Below, piece by piece: positions 1 to 14,019 of a DNA stretch of 64,000 nt. Under the pieces are notes generated by a model. It was not told where the DNA came from. It saw nothing but the letters and a program-made list of their open reading frames with translations, and ran no database searches. Source of the DNA: Eledone cirrhosa (taxonomy: Eukaryota). Each line of letters begins with the position of its first letter. Positions within the stretch are counted from its first letter, which is position 1. The stretch is taken from positions 17,608,001 through 17,672,000 of the forward strand of contig OZ024752.1 in assembly GCA_964016885.1 (NCBI GenBank), read 5' to 3'. Position numbers and translations under genes: made by a program.

Positions 1-3000
1 TTCTAACTCCTTCTTATATGGTCTACAACTCCACCATTCTAACTCCTTCTTACATGGTCTACAACTCCACCATTCTAATTCCTTCATATATGGTGTACAA
101 CTCCACCATTCTAACTCCTTCTTATATGGTCTACAACTCCACCATTCTAACTCATTCTTCTATGGTGAACAACTCCACCATTCTAACTCCTTCTTATATG
201 GTCTACAACTCCACCATTCTAACTCCTTCTTATATGGTGTACAACTCCACCATTCTAACTCCTTCTTATATGGTCTACAACTCCACCATTCTAACTCCTT
301 CTTATATGGTGTACAACTCCACCATTCTAACTCCTTCTTATATGGTGTACAACTCCACCATTCTAATTCCTTCTTATATGGTCTACAACTCCACCATTCT
401 AACTCCTTCTTATATGGTCTACAACTCCACCATTCTAATTCCTTCTTATATGGTCTACAACTCCACCATTCTAACTCCTTCTTATATGGTCTACAACTCC
501 ACCATTCTAATTCCTTCTTATATGGTCTACAACTCCACCATTCTAATTCCTTCTTATATGGTGTACAACTCCACCATTCTAACTCCTTCATATTTGGTCT
601 ACAACTCCACCATTCTAACTCCTTCTCATATGGTGTACAACTCCACCATTCTAATTCCTTCTTATATGGTCTACAACTCCACCATTCTAACTCCTTCATA
701 TATGGTCTACAACTCCACCATTCTAACTCCTTCTTATATGGTCTACAACTCCACCATTCTAATTCCTTCTTATATGGTCTACAACTCCACCATTCTAATT
801 CCTTCTTATATGGTCTACAACTCCACCATTCTAATTCCTTCTTATATGGTCTACAACTCCACCATTCTAACTCCTTCTTATATGGTCTACAACTCCACAA
901 TTCTAATTCCTTCATATATGGTCTACAACTCCACCATTCTAACTCCTTCTTATAGGGTGTACAACTCCACCAGTCTAACTCCTTCTTATATGGTCTACAA
1001 CTCCACCATTCTAACTCCTTCTTATATGGTCTACAACTCCACCATTCTAACTCCTTCTTATATGGTGTACAACTCCACCATTCTAACTCCTTCTTATATG
1101 GTCTACAACTCCACCATTCTAACTCCTTCTTATATGGTCTACAACTGCACCATTCTAACTCCTTCTTATATGGTGTACAACTCCACCATTCTAACTCATT
1201 CTTATATGGTCTACAACTCCACCATTCTAACTCATTCTTCTATGGTGTACAACTCAACCATTCTAACTCCTTCTTATATGGTCTACAACTCCACCATTCT
1301 AACTCCTTCTTATATGGTGTACAACTCCACCATTCTAACTCCTTCTTATATGGTCTACAACTCCACCATTCTAACTCCTTCTTACATGGTCTACAACTCC
1401 ACCATTCTAATTCCTTCATATATGGTGTACAACTCCACCATTCTAACTCCTTCTTATATGGTCTACAACTCCACCATTCTAACTCATTCTTCTATGGTGA
1501 ACAACTCCACCATTCTAACTCCTTCTTATATGGTCTACAACTCCACCATTCTAACTCCTTCTTATATGGTGTACAACTCCACCATTCTAACTCCTTCTTA
1601 TATGGTCTACAACTCCACCATTCTAACTCCTTCTTATATGGTGTACAACTCCACCATTCTAACTCCTTCTTATATGGTGTACAACTCCACCATTCTAATT
1701 CCTTCTTATATGGTCTACAACTCCACCATTCTAACTCCTTCTTATATGGTCTACAACTCCACCATTCTAATTCCTTCTTATATGGTCTACAACTCCACCA
1801 TTCTAACTCCTTCTTATATGGTCTACAACTCCACCATTCTAATTCCTTCTTATATGGTCTACAACTCCACCATTCTAATTCCTTCTTATATGGTGTACAA
1901 CTTCACCATTCTAACTCCTTCATATTTGGTCTACAACTCCACCATTCTAACTCCTTCTCATATGGTGTACAACTCCACCATTCTAATTCCTTCTTATATG
2001 GTCTACAACTCCACCATTCTAACTCCTTCATATATGGTCTACAACTCCACCATTCTAACTCCTTCTTATATGGTCTACAACTCCACCATTCTAATTCCTT
2101 CTTATATGGTCTACAACTCCACCATTCTAATTCCTTCTTATATGGTCTACAACTCCACCATTCTAATTCCTTCTTATATGGTCTACAACTCCACCATTCT
2201 AACTCCTTCTTATATGGTCTACAACTCCACCATTCTAATTCCTTCATATATGGTCTACAACTCCACCATTCTAACTCCTTCTTATAGGGTGTACAACTCC
2301 ACCATTCTAACTCCTTCTTATATGGCCTACAACTCCACCATTCTAACTCTTTCATATATGGTCTACAACTGCACCATTCTAACTCCTTCTTATATTGTCT
2401 ACAACTCCACCATTCTAACGCCTTCTTATATGGTCTACAACTCCACCATTCTAATTTCTTCTTATATGGTCTACAACTCCACCATTCTAACTCCTTCTTA
2501 TATGGTCTACAACTCCACCATTCTAACTCCTTCTTATATGGTCTACAACTCCACCATTCTAACTCCTTCTTATATGGTGTACAACTCCACCATTCTAACT
2601 CCTTCTTATATGGTCTACAACTCCACCATTCTAACTCCTTCTTATATGGTCTACAACTCCACCATTCTAACTCCTTCTTACATGGTCTACAACTGCACCA
2701 TTCTAACTCCTTCTTATATGGTGTACAACTCCACCATTCTAACTCATTCTTATATGGTCTACAACTCCACCATTCTAACATATTCTTCTATGGTGTACAA
2801 CTCCACCATTCTAATTCCTTCTTATATGGTCTACAACTCCACCATTCTAATTCCTTCTTATATGGTCTACAACACCAGCATTCTAACTCCTTCTTATATG
2901 GTGTACAACTCCACCATTCTAATTCCTTCTTATATGGTCTACAACTCCACCATTCTAACTCCTTCTTATATGGTCTACAACTCCCCCATTCTAATTCCTT

Positions 3001-5510
3001 CTTATATGGTCTACAACTACACTATTCTAACTCCTTCTTATATGGTCTACAACTCCACCATTCTAACTCCTTCTTATATGGTCTACAACTCCACCATTCT
3101 AACTCCTTCTTATATGGTGTACAACTCCACCATTCTAACTCCTTCTTATATGGTCTACAACTCCACCATTCTAACTCCTTCTTACATGGTCTACAACTCC
3201 ACCATTCTAATTCCTTCATATATGGTGTACAACTCCACCATTCTAACTCCTTCTTATATGGTCTACAACTCCACCATTCTAACTCATTCTTCTATGGTGA
3301 ACAACTCCACCATTCTAACTCCTTCTTATATGGTCTACAACTCCACCATTCTAACTCCTTCTTATATGGTGTACAACTCCACCATTCTAACTCCTTCTTA
3401 TATGGTCTACAACTCCACCATTCTAACTCCTTCTTATATGGTGTACAACTCCACCATTCTAACTCCTTCTTATATGGTGTACAACTCCACCATTCTAATT
3501 CCTTCTTATATGGTCTACAACTCCACCATTCTAACTCCTTCTTATATGGTCTACAACTCCACCATTCTAATTCCTTCTTATATGGTCTACAACTCCACCA
3601 TTCTAACTCCTTCTTATATGGTCTACAACTCCACCATTCTAATTCCTTCTTATATGGTCTACAACTCCACCATTCTAATTCCTTCTTATATGGTGTACAA
3701 CTCCACCATTCTAACTCCTTCATATTTGGTCTACAACTCCACCATTCTAACTCCTTCTCATATGGTGTACAACTCCACCATTCTAATTCCTTCTTATATG
3801 GTCTACAACTCCACCATTCTAACTCCTTCATATATGGTCTACAACTCCACCATTCTAACTCCTTCTTATATGGTCTACAACTCCACCATTCTAATTCCTT
3901 CTTATATGGTCTACAACTCCACCATTCTAATTCCTTCTTATATGGTCTACAACTCCACCATTGTAACTCCTTCTTATATGGTCTACAACTCCACAATTCT
4001 AATTCCTTCATATATGGTCTACAACTCCACCATTCTAACTCCTTCTTATAGGGTGTACAACTCCACCAGTCTAACTCCTTCTTATATGGTCTACAACTCC
4101 ACCATTCTAACTCCTTCTTATATGGTCTACAACTCCACCATTCTAACTCCTTCTTATATGGTGTACAACTCCACCATTCTAACTCCTTCTTATATGGTCT
4201 ACAACTCCACCATTCTAACTCCTTCTTATATGGTCTACAACTGCACCATTCTAACTCCTTCTTATATGGTGTACAACTCCACCATTCTAACTCATTCTTA
4301 TATGGTCTACAACTCCACCATTCTAACTCATTCTTCTATGGTGTACAACTCAACCATTCTAACTCCTTCTTATATGGTCTACAACTCCACCATTCTAACT
4401 CCTTCTTATATGGTGTACAACTCCACCATTCTAACTCCTTCTTATATGGTCTACAACTCCACCATTCTAATTCCTTCATATATGGTGTACAACTCCACCA
4501 TTCTAACTCCTTCTTATATGGTCTACAACTCCACCATTCTAACTCATTCTTCTATGGTGAACAACTCCACCATTCTAACTCCTTCTTATATGGTCTACAA
4601 CTCCACCATTCTAACTCCTTCTTATATGGTGTACAACTCCACCATTCTAACTCCTTCATATTTGGTCTACAACTCCACCATTCTAACTCCTTCTCATATG
4701 GTGTACAACTCCACCATTCTAATTGCTTCTTATATGGTCTACAACTCCACCATTCTAACTCCTTCATATATGGTCTACAACTCCACCATTCTAACTCCTT
4801 CTTATATGGTCTACAACTCCACCATTCTAATTCCTTCTTATATGGTCTACAACTCCACCATTCTAATTCCTTCTTATATGGTCTACAACTCCACCATTCT
4901 AATTCCTTCTTATATGGTCTACAACTCCACCATTCTAACTCCTTCTTATATGGTCTACAACTCCACCATTCTAATTCCTTCATATATGGTCTACAACTCC
5001 ACCATTCTAACTCCTTCTTATAGGGTGTACAACTCCACCATTCTAACTCCTTCTTATATGGCCTACAACTCCACCATTCTAACTCTTTCATATATGGTCT
5101 ACAACTGCACCATTCTAACTCCTTCTTATATTGTCTACAACTCCACCATTCTAACGCCTTCTTATATGGTCTACAACTCCACCATTCTAATTCCTTCTTA
5201 TATGGTCTACAACTCCACCATTCTAACTCCTTCTTATATGGTCTACAACTCCACCATTCTAACTCCTTCTTATATGGTCTACAACTCCACCATTCTAACT
5301 CCTTCTTATATGGTGTACAACTCCACCATTCTAACTCCTTCTTATATGGTCTACAACTCCACCATTCTAACTCCTTCTTACATGGTCTACAACTGCACCA
5401 TTCTAACTCCTTCTTATATGGTGTACAACTCCACCATTCTAACTCATTCTTATATGGTCTACAACTCCACCATTCTAACTCATTCTTCTATGGTGTACAA
5501 CTCAACCATT
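1..5510. repeat. Left variant domain: irregular higher-order repeat of 35-50 monomers
   Basis: Marker CATTCTTCT-ATGGTGAAC has its ATG at 162, 1494, 3294 and 4554 (spacings 37, 50 and 35 monomers). It co-occurs with TATAGGGTG, TATTTGGTC and TCTCATATG variants. Confidence 0.85.
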
Positions 5511-8500
5511 CTAACTCCTTCTTATATGGTCTACAACTCCACCATTCTAACTCCTTCTTATATGGTCTACAACTCCACCATTCTAACTCCTTCATATATG
5601 GTCTACAATTCCACCATTCTAACTCCTTCTTATATGGTGTACAACTCCACCATTCTAATTGCTTCTTATATGGTCTACAACTCCACCATTCTAACTCTTT
5701 CTTATATGGTCTACAACTCCACCATTCTAACTCCTTCTTATATGGTCTACAACTCCACCATTCTAACTCCTTCGTATATGGTCTACAACTCCACCATTCT
5801 AACTCCTTATATGGTCTACAACTCCACCATTCTAACTCCTTCTTATATGGTCTACAACTCCACCATTCTAACTCCTTCTTATATGGTGTACAACTCCACC
5901 ATTCTAACTCCTTCTTATATGGTGTACAACTCCACCATTCTAACTCCTTCTTATATGGTCTTCAACTCCACCCTTCTAACTCCTTCTTATATGGTCTACA
6001 ACTCCACCATTCTAACTCCTTCTTATATGGTCTACAACTCCACCATTCTAACTCCTTCATATATGGTCTACAACTCCACCATTCTAACTCCTTCTTATAT
6101 GGTGTACAACTCCACCATTCTAATTGCTTCTTATATGGTCTACAACTCCACCATTCTAACTCTTTCTTATATGGTCTACAACTCCACCATTCTAACTCCT
6201 TCTTATATGGTCTACAACTCCACCATTCTAACTCCTTCGTATATGGTCTACAACTCCACCATTCTAACTCCTTATATGGTCTACAACTCCACCATTCTAA
6301 CTCCTTCTTATATGGTCTACAACTCCACCATTCTAACTCCTTCTTATATGGTGTACAACTCCAGCATTCTAACTCCTTCTTATATGGTGTACAACTCCAC
6401 CATTCTAACTCCTTCTTATATGGTCTTCAACTCCACAATTCTAACTCCTTCTTATATGGTCTACAACTCCACCATTCTAATTCCTTCTTATATGGTCTAC
6501 AACTCCACCATTCTAACTCCTTCTTATATGGTCTACAACTCCACCATTCTAACTCCTTCTTATATGGTCTACAACTCCACCATTCTAACTCCTTCTTATA
6601 TGGTCTAAAACTCCACCATTCTAACTCCTTCTTATATGGTCTACAACTCCACCATTCTAACTCCTTCTTATATGGTGTGCAACTCCACCAATCTAACTCC
6701 TTCTTATATGGTCTACAACTCCACCATTCTAATTCCTTCTTATATGGTCTACAACTCCACCATTCTAACTCCTTCTTATATGGTCTACAATTCCACCATT
6801 CTAATTCCTTCATATATGGTGTACAACTCCACCATTCTAACTCCTTCTTATATGGTCTACAACTCCACCATTCTAATTCCTTCTTATATGGTCTACAACT
6901 CCACCATTCTAACTCCTTCTTATATGGTCTACAACTCCACCATTCTAATTCCTTCATATATGGTGTACAACTCCAGCATTCTAACTCCTTCTTATATGGT
7001 CTACAACTCCACCATTCTAACTCCTTCTTATATGGTCTACAACTCCACCATTCTAACTCCTTCTTATATGGTGTACAACTCCACCATTCTAAGACCTTCT
7101 TATATGGTGTACAACTCCACCATTCTAACTCCTTCATATATGGTCTACAACTCCACCATTCTAACTCCTTCTTATATGGTGTACAACTCAACCATTCTAA
7201 TTGCTTCTTATATGGTCTACAACTCCACCATTCTAACTCTTTCTTATATGGTCTACAACTCCACCATTCTAACTCCATCTTATATGGTCTACAACTCCAC
7301 CATTCTAAATCCTTCTTATATGGTCTACAACACCACCATTCTAATTCCTTCTTATATGGTCTACAACTCCACTATTCTAACTCATTCTTATATGGTCTAC
7401 AACTCCACCATTCTAATTCCTTCTTATATGGTCTACAACTCCACCATTCTAACTCCTTCTTATATGGTCTACAACTCCACCATTCTAATTCCTCCTTATA
7501 TGGTCTACAACTCCACCTTTCTAATTCCTTCTTATATGGTGTACGACTCCACCATTCTAACTCCTTCATATGTGGTCTACAACTCCACCATTCTAACTCC
7601 TTTTTATATGGTGTACAACTCCACCATTCTAATTCCTTCTTATATGGTCTACAACTCCACCATTCTAACTCCTTCATATATGGTCTACAACTCCACCATT
7701 CTAACTCCTTCTTATATGGTCTACAACTCCACCATTCTAATTCCTTCTTATATGGTCTACAACTCCACCATTCTAACGCCTTCTTATATGGTCTACAACT
7801 CCACCATTCTAACGCCTTCTTATATGGTGTACAACTCCACCATTCTAATTCCTTCTTATATGGTCTACAACTCCACCATTCTAACTCCTTCTTATATGGT
7901 CTACAACTCCACCATTCTAACTCCTTCTTATATGGTCTACAACTCCACCATTCTAATTCCTTCTTATATGGTCTACAACTCCACCATTCTAATTCCTTCT
8001 TATATGGTCTACAACTCCACCATTCTAATTCCTTCTTATATGGTCTACAACTCCACCATTCTAACTCCTTCTTATATGGTCTACAACTCCACCATTCTAA
8101 CTCCTTCTTATATGGTCTACAACTGCACCATTCTAACTCCTTCTTATATGGTCTACAACTCCACCATTCTAACTCCTTCTTATATGGTGTACAACTCCAC
8201 CATTCTAACTCCTTCTTATATGGTGTACAACTCCACCATTCTAATTCCTTCTTATATGGTCTACAACTCCACCATTCTAATTGCTTCTTATATGGTCTAC
8301 AACTCCACCATTCTAACTCCTTCTTATATGGTGTACAACTCCACCATTCTAATTCCTTCTTATATGGTCTACAACTCCACCAATCTAACTCCTTCTTATA
8401 TGGTCTACAACTCCCCCATTCTAATTCCTTCTTATATGGTCTACAACTACACTATTCTAACTCCTTCTTATATGGTCTACAACTCCACCATTCTAATTCC

Positions 8501-10379
8501 TTCTTATATGGTCTACAACTCCACCATTCTAACTCCTTCATATATGGTCTACAACTCCACCATTCTAACTCCTTCTTATATGGTCTACAACTCCACCATT
8601 CTATCTCCTTCTTATATGGTCTACAACTCCACCATGCTAACTCCTTCTTATATGGTCTACAACTCTACCATTCTAACTCATTCTTATATGTTCTACAACT
8701 CCACCATTCTAACTCCTTCTTATATGGTCTACAACTCCACCATTCTAACTCCTTCTTATATGGTCTACAACTCCACCATTCTAACTCCTTATATGGTGTA
8801 CAACTCCACCATTCTAACTCCTTCTTATATGGTCTACAACTCCACCATTCTAACTCCTTCTTATATGGTCTACAACTCCACCATTCTAATTCCTTCATAT
8901 ATGGTGTACAACTCCACCATTCTAACTCCTTCTTATATGGTGTACAACTCCACCATTCTAACTCCTTCTTATATGGTCTACAACTCCACCATTCTAATTC
9001 CTTCTTATATGGTCTACAACTCCACCATTCTAACTCCTTCTTATATGGTCTACAACTCCACCATTCTAATTCCTTCATATATGGTGTACAACTCCACCAT
9101 TCTAACTCCTTCTTATATGGTCTACAACTCCACCATTCTAACTCCTTCTTATATGGTCTACAACTCCACCATTCTAACTCCTTCTTATATGGTGTACAAC
9201 TCCACCATTCTAAGTCCTTCTTATATGGAGTACAACTCCACCATTCTAACTCCTTCATATATGGTCTACAACTACACCATTCTAACTCCTTCTTATATGG
9301 TGTACAACTCAACCATTCTAATTGCTTCTTATATGGTCTACAACTCCACCATTCTAACTCTTTCTTATATGGTCTACAACTCCACCATTCTAACTCCATC
9401 TTATATGGTCTACAACTCCACCATTCTAAATCCTTCTTATATGGTCTACAACTCCACCATTCTAATTCCTTCTTATATGGTCTACAACTCCACTATTCTA
9501 ACTCATTCTTATATGGTCTACAACTCCACCATTCTAATTCCTTCTTATATGGTCTACAACTCCACCATTCTAACTCCTTCTTATATGGTCTACAACTCCA
9601 CCATTCTAATTCCTCCTTATATGGTCTACAACTCCACCATTCTAATTCCTTCTTATATGGTGTACGACTCCACCATTCTAACTCCTTCATATGTGGTCTA
9701 CAACTCCACCATTCTAACGCCTTCTTATATGGTCTACAACTCCACCATTCTAACGCCTTCTTATATGGTGTACAACTCCACCATTCTAATTCCTTCTTAT
9801 ATGGTCTACAACTCCACCATTCTAATTCCTTCTTATATGGTCTACAACTCCACCATTCTAATTCCTTCTTATATGGTCTACAACTCCACTATTCTAACTC
9901 ATTCTTATATGGTCTACAACTCCATCATTCTAATTCCTTCTTATATGGTCTACAACTCCACCATTCTAACTCCTTCTTATATGGTCTACAACTCCACCAT
10001 TCTAATTCCTCCTTATATGGTCTACAACTCCACCATTCTAATTCCTTCTTATATGGTGTACGACTCCACCATTCTAACTCCTTCATATGTGGTCTACAAC
10101 TCCACCATTCTAACGCCTTCTTATATGGTCTACAACTCCACCATTCTAACGCCTTCTTATATGGTGTACAACTCCACCATTCTAATTCCTTCTTATATGG
10201 TCTACAACTCCACCATTCTAACTCCTTCTTATATGGTGTACAACTCCACCATTCTAACTCCTTCTTATATGGTCTACAACTCCACCATTCTAATTCCTTC
10301 TTATATGGTCTACAACTCCACCATTCTAATTCCTTCTTATATGGTCTACAACTCCACCATTCTAATTCCTTCTTATATG

Positions 10380-12950
10380 GTCTACAACTCCACCATTCTA
10401 ACTCCTTCATATATGGTCTACAACTCCACCATTCTAACTCCTTCTTATATGGTCTACAACTCCACCATTCTAATTCCTTCTTATATGGTCTACAACTCCA
10501 CCATTCTAATTCCTTCTTATATGGTCTACAACTCCACCATTGTAACTCCTTCTTATATGGTCTACAACTCCACAATTCTAATTCCTTCATATATGGTCTA
10601 CAACTCCACCATTCTAACTCCTTCTTATAGGGTGTACAACTCCACCAGTCTAACTCCTTCTTATATGGTCTACAACTCCACCATTCTAACTCCTTCTTAT
10701 ATGGTCTACAACTCCACCATTCTAACTCCTTCTTATATGGTGTACAACTCCACCATTCTAACTCCTTCTTATATGGTCTACAACTCCACCATTCTAACTC
10801 CTTCTTATATGGTCTACAACTGCACCATTCTAACTCCTTCTTATATGGTGTACAACTCCACCATTCTAACTCATTCTTATATGGTCTACAACTCCACCAT
10901 TCTAACTCATTCTTCTATGGTGTACAACTCAACCATTCTAACTCCTTCTTATATGGTCTACAACTCCACCATTCTAACTCCTTCTTATATGGTGTACAAC
11001 TCCACCATTCTAACTCCTTCTTATATGGTCTACAACTCCACCATTCTAACTCCTTCTTACATGGTCTACAACTCCACCATTCTAATTCCTTCATATATGG
11101 TGTACAACTCCACCATTCTAACTCCTTCTTATATGGTCTACAACTCCACCATTCTAACTCATTCTTCTATGGTGAACAACTCCACCATTCTAACTCCTTC
11201 TTATATGGTCTACAACTCCACCATTCTAACTCCTTCTTATATGGTGTACAACTCCACCATTCTAACTCCTTCTTATATGGTCTACAACTCCACCATTCTA
11301 ACTCCTTCTTATATGGTGTACAACTCCACCATTCTAACTCCTTCTTATATGGTGTACAACTCCACCATTCTAATTCCTTCTTATATGGTCTACAACTCCA
11401 CCATTCTAACTCCTTCTTATATGGTCTACAACTCCACCATTCTAATTCCTTCTTATATGGTCTACAACTCCACCATTCTAACTCCTTCTTATATGGTCTA
11501 CAACTCCACCATTCTAATTCCTTCTTATATGGTCTACAACTCCACCATTCTAATTCCTTCTTATATGGTGTACAACTTCACCATTCTAACTCCTTCATAT
11601 TTGGTCTACAACTCCACCATTCTAACTCCTTCTCATATGGTGTACAACTCCACCATTCTAATTGCTTCTTATATGGTCTACAACTCCACCATTCTAACTC
11701 CTTCATATATGGTCTACAACTCCACCATTCTAACTCCTTCTTATATGGTCTACAACTCCACCATTCTAATTCCTTCTTATATGGTCTACAACTCCACCAT
11801 TCTAATTCCTTCTTATATGGTCTACAACTCCACCATTCTAATTCCTTCTTATATGGTCTACAACTCCACCATTCTAACTCCTTCTTATATGGTCTACAAC
11901 TCCACCATTCTAATTCCTTCATATATGGTCTACAACTCCACCATTCTAACTCCTTCTTATAGGGTGTACAACTCCACCATTCTAACTCCTTCTTATATGG
12001 CCTACAACTCCACCATTCTAACTCTTTCATATATGGTCTACAACTGCACCATTCTAACTCCTTCTTATATTGTCTACAACTCCACCATTCTAACGCCTTC
12101 TTATATGGTCTACAACTCCACCATTCTAATTCCTTCTTATATGGTCTACAACTCCACCATTCTAACTCCTTCTTATATGGTCTACAACTCCACCATTCTA
12201 ACTCCTTCTTATATGGTCTACAACTCCACCATTCTAACTCCTTCTTATATGGTGTACAACTCCACCATTCTAACTCCTTCTTATATGGTCTACAACTCCA
12301 CCATTCTAACTCCTTCTTACATGGTCTACAACTGCACCATTCTAACTCCTTCTTATATGGTGTACAACTCCACCATTCTAACTCATTCTTATATGGTCTA
12401 CAACTCCACCATTCTAACTCATTCTTCTATGGTGTACAACTCAACCATTCTAACTCCTTCTTATATGGTCTACAACTCCACCATTCTAACTCCTTCTTAT
12501 ATGGTCTACAACTCCACCATTCTAACTCCTTCATATATGGTCTACAATTCCACCATTCTAACTCCTTCTTATATGGTGTACAACTCCACCATTCTAATTG
12601 CTTCTTATATGGTCTACAACTCCACCATTCTAACTCTTTCTTATATGGTCTACAACTCCACAATTCTAACTCCTTCTTATATGGTCTACAACTCCACCAT
12701 TCTAACTCCTTCGTATATGGTCTACAACTCCACCATTCTAACTCCTTATATGGTCTACAACTCCACCATTCTAACTCCTTCTTATATGGTCTACAACTCC
12801 ACCATTCTAACTCCTTCTTATATGGTGTACAACTCCACCATTCTAACTCCTTCTTATATGGTGTACAACTCCACCATTCTAACTCCTTCTTATATGGTCT
12901 TCAACTCCACCCTTCTAACTCCTTCTTATATGGTCTACAACTCCACCATT
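10380..12950. repeat. Displaced second copy of the left variant domain (similar to about 3800-6000)
   Basis: Same ordered rare markers: ATTGTAACT (3962/10541), ACAATT, AGGGTG..ACCAGT, GTGAAC (ATG at 11169), GCCTAC, ATTGTC, 33-bp unit (5811/12750) and TTCAAC..CCCTT. Confidence 0.85.
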
Positions 12951-14019
12951 CTAACTCCTTCTTATATGGTCTACAACTCCACCATTCTAATTCCTTCTTA
13001 TATGGTCTACAACTCCACCATTCTAACTCCTTCTTATATGGTGTACAACTCCACCATTCTAACTCCTTCTTATATGGTCTACAACTCCACCATTCTAACT
13101 CCTTCTTATATGGTGTACAACTCCACCATTCTAATTCCTTCTTATATGGTCTACAACTCCACCATTCTAACTCCTTCTTATATGGTGTACAACTCCACCA
13201 TTCTAATTCCTTCTTATATGGTCTACAACTCCACTATTCTAACTCCTTCTTATATGGTCTACAACTCCACCATTCTAATTCCTTCTTATATGGTCTACAA
13301 CTCCACCATTCTAACTCCTTCATATATGGTCTACAACTCTCCGATTCTAACTCCTTCTTATATGGTGTGCAACTCCACCATTCTAACTCCTTCTTATATG
13401 GTCTACAACTCCACCATTCTAATTCCTTCTTATATGGTCTACAACTCCACCATTCTAACTCCTTCTTATATGGTCTACAACTCCACCATTCTAATTCCTT
13501 CATATATGGTGTACAACTCCACCATTCTAACTCCTTCTTATATGGTCTACAACTCCACCATTCTAATTCCTTCTTATATGGTCTACAACTCCACCATTCT
13601 AACTCCTTCTTATATGGTCTACAACTCCACCATTCTAACTCCTTCTTATATGGTGTACAACTCCACCATTCTAATTGCTTCTTATATGGTCTACAACTCC
13701 ACCATTCTAACTCTTTCTTATATGGTCTACAACTCCACCATTCTAACTCCTTCTTATATGGTCTACAACTCCACCATTCTAACTCCTTCGTATATGGTCT
13801 ACAACTCCACCATTCTAACTCCTTATATGGTCTACAACTCCACCATTCTAACTCCTTCTTATATGGTCTACAACTCCACCATTCTAACTCCTTCTTATAT
13901 GGTGTACAACTCCACCATTCTAACTCCTTCTTATATGGTGTACAACTCCACCATTCTAACTCCTTCTTATATGGTCTTCAACTCCACAATTCTAACTCCT
14001 TCTTATATGGTCTACAACT

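Noticed and set aside
18-53. Resemblance to plant extensin repeats (YVYNSPPPP; GTCTACAACTC..CCACCA)
   Set aside because: Only the short VYNS word matches. No SPPPP motif exists in any open frame, and the TTPPF frame has a stop in every unit.
18-55. Shine-Dalgarno-like AAGGAG, 5 nt, then ATG GTG GAG TTG TAG (mini-ORF MVEL*) in each unit on the - strand
   Set aside because: Expected by chance in a purine-rich strand. Nothing indicates a prokaryotic context, and a pure 64-kb satellite is atypical of prokaryotes.
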